In this document: piece by piece, positions 19,093-28,009 of the stretch
Position numbering within the stretch: position 1 is the first letter of the stretch
Layout: every line of letters begins with the position of its first letter
NCBI GenBank assembly: GCA_964414795.1
Contig: CAYPWV010000005.1
Coordinates: 4,336 to 68,335, forward strand
Reading direction: 5' to 3'
Source: an uncultured Gammaproteobacteria bacterium
GTDB lineage: Bacteria > Patescibacteriota > Patescibacteriia > UBA9934
DNA length: 64,000 nucleotides
Notes under the pieces: generated by a model
What the model was told of the DNA's origin: nothing
Databases searched by the model: none
What the model saw: only the letters and a program-made list of their open reading frames with translations
Program-made: the position numbers and the translations under genes

Positions 19093-19659
19093 TTACCTAC
19101 TCACGCGCTCCACATAATCCCCCGTTTCAGTATTCACCATCACCACATCACCCTGCTTAATAAAAATAGGCACGCGAACGATAAGACCGTTATCCATTTT
19201 TGCATCCTTGAGCACGTTACCAGAAGCAGTGTCGCCCTTTACCGCAGGCTCCGTTTCTACAATCGTGTACTCAATTTTGAGCGGAAGCTCCATGGAGATT
19301 GCCTTGTCATCGTGCATGATGACCGTGACATCAAGCCCTTCCTTCAAATACTGCGCATCCTCGCCTACGGTATCTCGACCAATGGCAACCTGTTCATACG
19401 ACTGTCCATCCATAAACGTAAGCGTATTTTCATCACCAAAAATGTACTGCATCTTTTTGAATCCCACCGTTTCAAAGGTGACATTTTCTGCAGACTTAAA
19501 GTTATTTTCTACAACCTTTCCAGAAGAAAGGGACTTCATTTTGGTACGCACAAATGAGCTTCCCTTTCCTGGAGAAACGCGCTGAAAGCCCACAATAACC
19601 CAAAGGTCATTTTCATAGTTAAGCACCGTACCTTTGCGAATATCGTTGGGGGAAGACAT
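19093..19659 (-). CDS. efp: Elongation factor P
   Basis: SPGKGSSFVRTKMK loop, PAVKGDTASG and VPIFIKQGD. Confidence 0.97.
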   Translation of the reverse strand: MSSPNDIRKGTVLNYENDLWVIVGFQRVSPGKGSSFVRTKMKSLSSGKVVENNFKSAENVTFETVGFKKMQYIFGDENTLTFMDGQSYEQVAIGRDTVGEDAQYLKEGLDVTVIMHDDKAISMELPLKIEYTIVETEPAVKGDTASGNVLKDAKMDNGLIVRVPIFIKQGDVVMVNTETGDYVERVSR

Positions 19660-19663
19660 ATAG

Positions 19664-19780
19664 GTGAAGTTGGGAAGTAATGAAGAGATGAAGTTATGAA
19701 GTAGTGAAGGAGGCTAGTAAGGCTAGGCGGGCTAGGTAAGAAGTTCGTTTATACCTAGCCTTCTAGCCCAACTAGCCTAC
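19664..19780. repeat. Short degenerate tandem repeats, partly in inverted arrangement
   Basis: About 8-nt GAAGT units (19664-19710), then 3 GGCTAG units facing 3 CTAGCC units with 9-nt spacing, forming a long hairpin (19712-19779). Confidence 0.7.
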
Positions 19781-20746
19781 CTACACAAACCTCTCTGAGG
19801 GAGGAAAAACATGAATCGAATCGATATCCTTCACTCCCAGGGCCAACATGACGAGCCGGTCAACGCCAAGGGCATTTCCGTATGTTGGTGACGACACAGA
19901 GGATAGACGACGAAGGAGCTCTTCGTCAACCGGAAAGACCTCCTTCCCAAGACTCCGACGTTCCTCGGCTTCTTCCAAAAATCGCCGTCGCTGCTCATCT
20001 GCATCCACCAACTCGGTAAACGCATTGCACATTTCTAGCTCGCCCACATACGCTTCAAACCGTTCGGCATAACGTCCGTCGACACTTACTTTGGATAAAG
20101 ATGCGCACGGTACAGGGAATTCGCACAAAATATATCGCTCACCATGCGCAATCTTGGGCAAAACCGTCGCAAAAAACACCGAATCAATCACCTCATGGAG
20201 CGGATCAGTCATCGCACCAGAAATCTTCGCACCTTCTGCGATCTTGCGAACCCTCTCCCCCGTTGCATCCGCCGGAACAAAGCCATGCACTTTTTCAAAC
20301 GCATCCACATAACTCACCCGATCCCACTTCCCTTCCCAACCGAGCACACTATTGATCAAATCCTCCGTTTCTTCCATGCACATCGTATAATCCGCACCCT
20401 GGCGATACCATTCGAGCATCGTAAACTCAATACTCCATCGCTTGCCAAGCAATTCCTTATTCCGAAATACCGGCGTTACCGTATACAACGCCTCAAATCC
20501 CATTCCCAGCATCTTTTTCATGGAATACTCCGGACTCGTAATCAACCCCGCCCGCACTTCCCTCCCCCCGTCATTCAACGTCTTGAGCGTCACGGCCAGC
20601 GGATCTAAATTCGGCTCCATCCCCGGCGATGCCACCAACAGCGGCGTATGCGTCTCCACAAACCCTCGCGTACGAAAAAAAGTATGAATACGCTCAAGAA
20701 CACGATTCCATGTTTCAAGCCGAAGTTTTGCGTCGTCATAATGCAT
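19781..20746 (-). CDS. epmA: EF-P lysine aminoacylase EpmA/GenX (LysRS paralog)
   Basis: LITSPEYSMKK, FRN...EFTMLEWYR, ERFE...CNAFTEL and ALGVDRL. It has no anticodon-binding domain and is adjacent to efp. Confidence 0.92.
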   Translation of the reverse strand: MHYDDAKLRLETWNRVLERIHTFFRTRGFVETHTPLLVASPGMEPNLDPLAVTLKTLNDGGREVRAGLITSPEYSMKKMLGMGFEALYTVTPVFRNKELLGKRWSIEFTMLEWYRQGADYTMCMEETEDLINSVLGWEGKWDRVSYVDAFEKVHGFVPADATGERVRKIAEGAKISGAMTDPLHEVIDSVFFATVLPKIAHGERYILCEFPVPCASLSKVSVDGRYAERFEAYVGELEMCNAFTELVDADEQRRRFLEEAEERRSLGKEVFPVDEELLRRLSSVSSPTYGNALGVDRLVMLALGVKDIDSIHVFPPSERFV

Positions 20747-20862
20747 AAAATTCCAGAAAAGAATACCAGCTCAAAAGTAAAAAGGCTATTTCGCTTAACA
20801 AAATAGAATCTATTCTTTACTCAAATTGGAATTTTTATCTTGAGATAAGTAAACTATTCCTC

Positions 20863-21645
20863 ATGCCCTACATTCGCCAATATACCGAGCTTACTCCACA
20901 AGAGCTACGACAACTTGGATATAAACGCCGCTACAAGGAAGAAAATCCAAGCTGGGATGATTCCATGATAAAACTCACCGATCTTGTCCGCGAGCGTTGC
21001 ACAAAGGAATCAATAGTTCTTGATTTCGGTTGTGGTCGAGGAAATTTTGTCATCGACGAGCTTGCGGAATCATTTTCTCAAAAAATAGGGTTTGACGTTT
21101 CAGCAGAATCCATTCAAGGAAACATTACGTGCGACAAAGTTATTTTAGGAAATAGCACCTCGCTTCCCTTTCCGGATGCAAGTATGGACGTAGTGGTGTC
21201 ATTATGGGTCTTTGAACACATTGAAAAGCCCGAGGAAGTGATGAAAGAAATTTTTCGCGTGCTCAAACCTAACGGCTTTTTCGCGTTTGTGACACCCAAT
21301 AAAAAAAGTGCGCTTATTACTCTCCGTCGCATGATGTCTGATGGAATAGCACATCGTCTTTTAAAGTTCCTCTACGGAAGAGAAGAAAAGGATGCATTTA
21401 GTGTTTATTATCGAGCAAATACCATAAAAGATATCACCTCACTTGCAAAAAAGACCTCTTTTTCTCAAGAAATTGTTCTTGAAAATGCCGACCCTTCGTA
21501 CACGTCATTTAACGAAATAACATACACAGCTTCAAAAATCTTTATTCGATTATTTGGTCCGTTCGCAAAACCGCATATCATTAGCGTCCTTCGCAAGGAT
21601 CAAGGCTACCTTTCGAAAGAAAAAATGTCTTCAATTGCGCAATGA
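20863..21645 (+). CDS. Class I SAM-dependent methyltransferase
   Basis: VLDFGCGRG, LPFPDASMDVV and EIFRVLKPNG. Confidence 0.9.
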   Translation: MPYIRQYTELTPQELRQLGYKRRYKEENPSWDDSMIKLTDLVRERCTKESIVLDFGCGRGNFVIDELAESFSQKIGFDVSAESIQGNITCDKVILGNSTSLPFPDASMDVVVSLWVFEHIEKPEEVMKEIFRVLKPNGFFAFVTPNKKSALITLRRMMSDGIAHRLLKFLYGREEKDAFSVYYRANTIKDITSLAKKTSFSQEIVLENADPSYTSFNEITYTASKIFIRLFGPFAKPHIISVLRKDQGYLSKEKMSSIAQ

Positions 21646-21821
21646 AAAAACTTTGCGATGCGATAAGCGAGAAAGAGTGTCGGGGAATGCTTACCACTTT
21701 CAAAAGAAATGATCGTTCGCCGAGTAATGCCCAATTTCTCTGCCAATTCGTCTTGTGTGAGATTTTTTAAGAGACGATAGGCCTTAAGCTGAGAGTACAT
21801 TTTCTTTTCTTGAAAATTCAT
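21606..21821 (-). CDS. XRE-family HTH transcriptional regulator
   Basis: LTQDELAEKLGITRRTIISFESGKHSPTLFLAYRIA. Confidence 0.9.
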   Translation of the reverse strand: MNFQEKKMYSQLKAYRLLKNLTQDELAEKLGITRRTIISFESGKHSPTLFLAYRIAKFFHCAIEDIFSFER

Positions 21822-21826
21822 AGTTC

Positions 21827-21852
21827 AAAATGTGAAAAACTTTTCACATTTT
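21827..21852. promoter_or_regulatory. Inverted-repeat operator upstream of the XRE gene
   Basis: AAAATGTGAAAA-AC-TTTTCACATTTT has perfect 12-bp arms and lies 5 nt from the start codon. Confidence 0.6.
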
Positions 21853-21982
21853 ACCACCTCAATCAAACCAAAAAAAATACATACCAACCACGCCTCTTCT
21901 CAAATCCCTTTCTCTTTTCTTAACGGACATCATCTTCACTTTTTTTCATAACAAAAAGACGCCCTTACGAGCGTCTTTTTCT

Positions 21983-22201
21983 TTAGCGTACAACGAAAGG
22001 CAAGAGGCCGATGATGCGGGAACGCTTAATTTCTTGCGCAAGTTCGCGCTGGTGACCCGCACATACGCCATTGCGTTTGCGTGCAACGATTTTTCCAAAG
22101 GAGGAAATAAATCGACGCAACACATCAGTATTTTTGTAGTCGATGACTACTTCTTTGTGAACACAGAAGAAGCAGTGACGACCTTCGGTGCGTTGAAGCA
22201 T
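21983..22201 (-). CDS. rpsR: 30S ribosomal protein S18
   Basis: CFFC...IDYKNTDVLRRFISSFGKI...IKRSRIIGLLPF, in rpsF-ssb-rpsR order. Confidence 0.96.
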   Translation of the reverse strand: MLQRTEGRHCFFCVHKEVVIDYKNTDVLRRFISSFGKIVARKRNGVCAGHQRELAQEIKRSRIIGLLPFVVR

Positions 22202-22219
22202 AGAAGAAGGAAAAAGGGA

Positions 22220-22669
22220 TTAAAAAGGAATGTCTTCAAGTTTGATTTCGTCGTCGGGGTTGCTGACGGGAGCATCCGCAAGCGCCGTTGCGCCAACAGA
22301 CTGCGGAACAGGCGCACCTCCGGCCATCGGGCTTCCTCCACGATCAAGCATGATCATGTTTTCTGCCACCACTTCGGTTCGATACTTTTTCTGGCCATCT
22401 TGTCCATCCCATTCACGTGTTTGAATGCGTCCATCGATGTACACTTTCTTTCCCTTTACGAGATATTGGCCACAAATTTCTGCAAGCTTTGCCCAGGTAA
22501 CGATGTTGTGATATTCAACCTGATCTTTGCGCTGACCCGAGGCATCGGTATACGAACGATTGGTCGCGATGCTAAAGGTACACACACTTTGACCACCTGT
22601 TGTTTTCTTCAATTCTGGGTCACGGGTAAGGTTGCCAATAAGCATGACCCTATTAAGTGTTCCGGCCAT
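22220..22669 (-). CDS. ssb: Single-stranded DNA-binding protein
   Basis: LNRVMLIGNLTRDPE and C-terminal EDIPF. Confidence 0.98.
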   Translation of the reverse strand: MAGTLNRVMLIGNLTRDPELKKTTGGQSVCTFSIATNRSYTDASGQRKDQVEYHNIVTWAKLAEICGQYLVKGKKVYIDGRIQTREWDGQDGQKKYRTEVVAENMIMLDRGGSPMAGGAPVPQSVGATALADAPVSNPDDEIKLEDIPF

Positions 22670-22684
22670 AAGAGAAGATGATGA

Positions 22685-23158
22685 TTAAACACCTTTCATG
22701 ATATCGGACTCGAGAATTGCATCAAGCTTTCCTGCGATTTCCTCAGCAGCAGGAGACTTTTCTGCAATCTTTTCAGAAGTTTTTGGCGCACGTTCATCTC
22801 GCTCGTTTGCACGGCGACCTTCTGCAGTGAGAGGAGGTGTGTAAGAAACCATGGAAAACGGTGCAGTTGGGATGCCAGCAGGACGTGCAATGAGCATGTG
22901 ACGTACTACTTCATCGGCAAGACGAAGATTTTGGTCGAGCTTTTGCATGTTTTCTGCAGAAACGTTGATGTAAAGCATTGCGTATACACCGTGGCGCTGA
23001 CGCTTAATAGGATATGCAAGCTTGATTTTACCCAAGTTTTGCTTCTTTTCTACGGTACCACCAGCATTCTCAACGAGTTTTGCAATGGCATCAATGGTTC
23101 CATCTACTTCCGTATCGCTAATGTGCGAAGGAAGAATGGTCATGAGTTCGTACAGCAT
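22685..23158 (-). CDS. rpsF: 30S ribosomal protein S6
   Basis: MLYELMTIL...LGKIKLAYPIK...VVRHML. Start trimmed relative to the ORF track. Confidence 0.95.
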   Translation of the reverse strand: MLYELMTILPSHISDTEVDGTIDAIAKLVENAGGTVEKKQNLGKIKLAYPIKRQRHGVYAMLYINVSAENMQKLDQNLRLADEVVRHMLIARPAGIPTAPFSMVSYTPPLTAEGRRANERDERAPKTSEKIAEKSPAAEEIAGKLDAILESDIMKGV

Positions 23159-23306
23159 AGGCTGATATATTCGGCATTTTGCCGAACTTGGCTCCCCTAA
23201 TGTAGTAGGGAAACGACCCAATAGAATTGGATCACGGACAAGAATAAGTGTGCGAAGGGTAGCGAAATTGTCGATTTGCGTCAAGCAGTGTAGAGTAGGA
23301 GTCATT

Positions 23307-24509
23307 ATGCAAAGCTTTGCCATTCTCGGAACCCATCAAGCCATTTCTGTTGCGGAAGTTTTTGAGCTCAGCCATCAAGAACCCGCTTTTGCGAATGACA
23401 TTTTTGCACTCTACGCAGCGCCCTGGAAAGATGCATCAGAGCTGATGCGCACCTCAGGAAGCGTGCAAAAAATCGGTCGCATCGTAAAAACTGCACCAAA
23501 ACAAGCAACGGAATTTGATCTGCGAACCATCTTGCTCGAAGTTCTTGAAAGTCTTCCCGAGGGGAAAATTCATTTTGGACTGAGCGTCTACGGTGAAGAA
23601 AAAGACGCCGATCGTATCGGAAAGTTTTTGCCAAGTCTCGGCATCAACCTCAAGCGCGACCTTGCACAAAAAGGCCGCTCCGCACGCGTCGTCTCCACAA
23701 AAGGAAACGCACTTCCTGCGGCAAGTATCATGGCAAATAAACTTATCAGCAAAGGTGCAGAAATTATTTTACTTCCTACAGAAAATGAGCTTCTCATCGG
23801 CATAACCGAAGCCGTGCAAAACATCGACATGTGGGTACTCCACGATCGCGGCAGACCCCGCACCAACGCAAAACAAGGCATGCTTCCGCCAAAACTTGCC
23901 CGCATCATGCTCAACCTTGCCGGCGTTTCCGTTCCCGGAAAAACCGTACTCGATCCCTTCTGCGGAAGTGGAACCGTGCTTATGGAAGCCGGCGCGATGT
24001 ACGCACATCACCTTATGGGAAGCGATCTGAACGCCATGGCAACCAGCGATACGGAAGCCAATTTGCTTTGGGCAGAAGAAGCACTGCATTTTCATGCAAA
24101 AACAACCCTCATCACCTCATCCGCAAAAGATGTTGCAGATAAATTCTCTCCTTCAAGCGTCGACCTCCTTATCACCGAGCCCTATCTCGGTCGCCCTCGT
24201 CGCGGCGGCGAAAACAGAGAAGAAATCATCGAGACCATCGACTATCTCACACGCCTCTACGAAGAAAGTTTTGATGCACTAAAAAAAGTACTCAAACCCG
24301 GCGCACGCATCGTCATCGCCTCCCCCGTGCATCTTTTTGAAGATAAAATGTTTGCCGTTCCTACGGAGGCTATTCTAAAAAGTCTAGGCTATATTCCCCT
24401 TCCATTCACTTCAAACTCCCAACTCCAAACTTCAAACTCTCACCTCTTCTACCATCACGAAGGCCAATACGTGGGACGCGAACTCCTCAGATTCACCTTT
24501 AACGCATAA
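23307..24509 (+). CDS. Trm11/UPF0020-like RNA methyltransferase
   Basis: GMLPPKLARIMLNL, LDPFCGSGT and ITEPYLG. Confidence 0.85.
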   Translation: MQSFAILGTHQAISVAEVFELSHQEPAFANDIFALYAAPWKDASELMRTSGSVQKIGRIVKTAPKQATEFDLRTILLEVLESLPEGKIHFGLSVYGEEKDADRIGKFLPSLGINLKRDLAQKGRSARVVSTKGNALPAASIMANKLISKGAEIILLPTENELLIGITEAVQNIDMWVLHDRGRPRTNAKQGMLPPKLARIMLNLAGVSVPGKTVLDPFCGSGTVLMEAGAMYAHHLMGSDLNAMATSDTEANLLWAEEALHFHAKTTLITSSAKDVADKFSPSSVDLLITEPYLGRPRRGGENREEIIETIDYLTRLYEESFDALKKVLKPGARIVIASPVHLFEDKMFAVPTEAILKSLGYIPLPFTSNSQLQTSNSHLFYHHEGQYVGRELLRFTFNA

Positions 24510-24555
24510 TCTTCTCGTCAAACTAAAAAATGGACTTCCTCAGTCCATTTTTTTC

Positions 24556-25632
24556 TTATGCGCCAATGCGGAAGTGACAAACGTCTCCATCTTTCATCAC
24601 ATACTCTTTGCCTTCGATACGCAGCTTTCCCGCATCACGTGCACCTGCTTCGCCTTTGTAGGAAACGTAATCGTCGTAGGCGATGACTTCTGCGCGAATG
24701 AAGTTTTTCGTAAAATCGGTATGGATGACGCCTGCAGCTTCGGGAGCTTTTGCACCGCGGTGCACGGTCCATGCACGCGTTTCTTGCTCGCCGGTCGTAA
24801 GGAAGGTGATGAGCTCAAGCAGCTCGTAACACTTTTTAATCACACGATCGAGACCGGACTCTTGCATGCCAAGCGCTTCAAGCATTTCTTTCGCTTCATC
24901 ATCAGGCAATCCCGCCAAATCAGCTTCAATCTTCACAGAAACCGGAACCGCTAAACGTCCTTCGCCAAGCGGAGAAACCCACACAGGATTCTTTGCATCT
25001 TCTTCACTGGTATTTACCACGTATAAAATAGGTTTATTGGTAAGCAGTTGCACACCCTTCATCGCCTCTCGCTCTTCGTCCGTCAACTCAACACTCCGCG
25101 CAAGCGTTCCCGTAGCAAGCGCTGCATGCCATTTTTCAAGCGCAGACAATTGCGCAGAAAGATCCGCGCTCTTTCCCGACTTCAGCTTCCCTTTCACCGT
25201 ATCCAACATCTTTTCTACGACCACCAAATCAGATAACGCAAGCTCAAGTTCAATCACTTCAACATCACGCATCGGATCAACCGATCCATCAACATGAATA
25301 ATATCTTTGCTTTCAAACGAACGAACCACGTGCGCAATCATGTCGACTTCGCGAATGTTAGCAAGAAACTTGTTTCCAAGTCCCGCACCTTCGTGCGCTC
25401 CTTTTACCAAGCCAGCAATATCTACAAATTCAATTGCGGTAGGAATAAGCTTTTTTGAATGCGACATCCCGGAAAGAACCGCAAGACGTGGATCGGGAAC
25501 TTCAACAACGCCCACATTCGGCTCAATGGTACAAAACGGAAAATTTGCGCAATCAACCTGTTTTTTGGTAATCGCGGTAAAAAGCGTAGATTTTCCTACA
25601 TTGGGAAGCCCAACAATGCCAACGTTTAACAT
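24556..25632 (-). CDS. ychF: Redox-regulated ATPase YchF
   Basis: GIVGLPNVGKSTLF, FCTIEPN, GLGNKFL and EGKEYVMKDGD. Confidence 0.98.
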   Translation of the reverse strand: MLNVGIVGLPNVGKSTLFTAITKKQVDCANFPFCTIEPNVGVVEVPDPRLAVLSGMSHSKKLIPTAIEFVDIAGLVKGAHEGAGLGNKFLANIREVDMIAHVVRSFESKDIIHVDGSVDPMRDVEVIELELALSDLVVVEKMLDTVKGKLKSGKSADLSAQLSALEKWHAALATGTLARSVELTDEEREAMKGVQLLTNKPILYVVNTSEEDAKNPVWVSPLGEGRLAVPVSVKIEADLAGLPDDEAKEMLEALGMQESGLDRVIKKCYELLELITFLTTGEQETRAWTVHRGAKAPEAAGVIHTDFTKNFIRAEVIAYDDYVSYKGEAGARDAGKLRIEGKEYVMKDGDVCHFRIGA

Positions 25633-25689
25633 AGATGGAAGGGAGTGTACCGGATGGAAGAGAAGGTGACAATAAAATAACACAAAAGT

Positions 25690-28002
25690 CTAGAGCGATG
25701 AGGGAATTTCAGAAATAGTTTCAGGAGTTTCTTCCGGCAATGGATCAGGCAACGCCGCATCATCTTGCACTTCCCCACTTTGCAAGCGATTGAGACGCTG
25801 CTGTACAGCCTCATTATCGGGATTAGCTTTTGCGACTTCGGCGACTTCGGCGATTGCCCCTTCAATATCACCCGCCTGTTCAAGCAACACCGAAAGATAC
25901 CAATGTGCATTAGCGTAATTGGGCGAGAGACGAATGATGCGTTCAAGTTCAGCTTGCGCAAGATCATTTTTTTCTTGTCGTAAATAAAGGAGTGAAAGTT
26001 GCATACCTACACCTACGTCACTTTGCTGCAACGCACGCACCGTTTCCATCGCTTGCACCGCATCAACAAGACTTCCTTCGCGTTCATAGACTGCAGAAAG
26101 AAAATAATACGCAGCAGGATAATCTCCTTTTAACGCAATAGCTTTCGTAAACGCATTCTCCGCATACATAAAAGCCGCATCTCTTTTTGTCGTTGCATCA
26201 GCCTTTAGTGCTGCATCTTCCGTACTTGTATTTTGCGCAAAAAGATCTCCCTGCGCAGTGTACGCTCGTCCAAGCCCAACGAAATAGAGCGGATTATTCG
26301 GCGCGAGTTCCGTTGCGGTAAGAAATGAGGTGACGGAAAAATCAGCCGCATGATCAATTGCCGGCGCTACCTCGCGATACACATTCCCACGCACTTCCCA
26401 GTTTTGCACCACACGTGGACCAATTTCGGTTGCACGCACTGCGGCATGTACTGCGGAACCAAGCACAAGTTGAATTTGCTCCGTGGGAGCATGCGCCTCA
26501 ACAAGCGCATTGATACGCTGCAACAGTAATAAGCTCAACTCCCGATAATACACATCATTCCATCGATTAAACGATGCCGCTTGATCTACTTTTGCAATAA
26601 CATCCTCGGGCGCCGCACCTTTTCTTTCTTGCGCAATCGCCTGCGCATAGGTAATTTCTGCCGCATAACGCGTTCCCGTAACAAAAAACGCAAGAAGAGA
26701 AACAATACCTAAAGCAACAACACTCAACACCGCAACAAGCGAAGAACGAGACGAGGAAACGAACGACCACACCACAGTTCGAGACGATCCTATCGACAAA
26801 AGAAGACCAAACAACACAAACATGATAAACACGAGCGGTGTATTCCATGCATACGTCCATGCAGAGACGGAAAGAAAAACGAATGCAAGGTAGATACCGA
26901 GCATATTTCCTCGCTGCGATGCATGCATGCAAGCGTATGATCGAAAACCTGCGACAATTCCCGAGATCTGGAGCAAAACAAACGTAAACGCCGTAAGCAA
27001 TCCTCCCGTTGTCGCAAGTGTGAGGATATGCGAAAATCCGCGATCAAATACCACATTCCAAAATGCGGTTGCGTTGACGGTGGGAAGTGCGTACAGTGCG
27101 TATGAGATGCCGTACGTACCAGGACCTGAACCTACAAAAAATCCAAAACCGTTATGCCAAACGCTCGTAACAATATCTGTACTTAACGAAAAAGAAGGAA
27201 CGATCTCAACAGGAAAGAACCCTTGAAAAATAGGCGGCAAAATCCATCCCACAAAAGACAAAATCACAAGAAGAACGCCGGGGAGAACATGACTCATCGA
27301 GATCTGTTTTTTCTGAGGGACAAGCGTACACAACAGCAAGGCAACACCCGCTACACACGACGGCAGCCACAAAACCCACGCATCCAATAAAAATGAGACG
27401 ATGAGGAAAGAGGCAAGAAGAACATATCCCGCAATCTTTTCAGCTCGTCCAGCCGAACCCATTGCTATTCCTCCCAAAGAGCAGAGCGTCGCAATGCCAA
27501 AAAACAATGCCAGTGCGTGCGGAGCTCCAAATGAAAGCACGGGAGAAAAAGAGAAAATGCCCGTAAAAATAAGCAGTAAAGCTCCCGTCATAAGTAGTCC
27601 TTCAACGGCCCAAACAACACGAACATACTTCAGTAAAAAAGCAGATTGCGCCGACGCCTGTGCAAGTAAAAAACTCATAAGTACACACGATCCTACAAAC
27701 AACACACTTGCATAATCACCTCCTCCAATCCCCAACCAACTCGCCGCAGGATACACAGAAAAACATGCAGAAACCACCGTTACCAAAAAAAAGATACCAA
27801 GAAAAACCAACGGCCACGACCAAAGCAAGCGAAGCTCTTTTGTTCGCGCAACATGAACAAGAAACAGTGTTCCTGCGATAAGAGACGCAACAATCGCCAC
27901 AGTCACCTTATGCACTTCATACGCATCAACAAACCAAGGAAGAACGAGGATGGGAACGATGGCGATCGAAAAAAGGAGAGGAAAAAGAAAGGACTTTCCC
28001 AT
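25690..28002 (-). CDS. Polytopic membrane protein with C-terminal TPR repeats (O-antigen-ligase-like architecture)
   Basis: About 12 hydrophobic segments, a GSGPGTY loop and TPR-like helices (LSPNYANAHWYL). Confidence 0.75.
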   Translation of the reverse strand: MGKSFLFPLLFSIAIVPILVLPWFVDAYEVHKVTVAIVASLIAGTLFLVHVARTKELRLLWSWPLVFLGIFFLVTVVSACFSVYPAASWLGIGGGDYASVLFVGSCVLMSFLLAQASAQSAFLLKYVRVVWAVEGLLMTGALLLIFTGIFSFSPVLSFGAPHALALFFGIATLCSLGGIAMGSAGRAEKIAGYVLLASFLIVSFLLDAWVLWLPSCVAGVALLLCTLVPQKKQISMSHVLPGVLLVILSFVGWILPPIFQGFFPVEIVPSFSLSTDIVTSVWHNGFGFFVGSGPGTYGISYALYALPTVNATAFWNVVFDRGFSHILTLATTGGLLTAFTFVLLQISGIVAGFRSYACMHASQRGNMLGIYLAFVFLSVSAWTYAWNTPLVFIMFVLFGLLLSIGSSRTVVWSFVSSSRSSLVAVLSVVALGIVSLLAFFVTGTRYAAEITYAQAIAQERKGAAPEDVIAKVDQAASFNRWNDVYYRELSLLLLQRINALVEAHAPTEQIQLVLGSAVHAAVRATEIGPRVVQNWEVRGNVYREVAPAIDHAADFSVTSFLTATELAPNNPLYFVGLGRAYTAQGDLFAQNTSTEDAALKADATTKRDAAFMYAENAFTKAIALKGDYPAAYYFLSAVYEREGSLVDAVQAMETVRALQQSDVGVGMQLSLLYLRQEKNDLAQAELERIIRLSPNYANAHWYLSVLLEQAGDIEGAIAEVAEVAKANPDNEAVQQRLNRLQSGEVQDDAALPDPLPEETPETISEIPSSL

Positions 28003-28009
28003 AGGAAAA

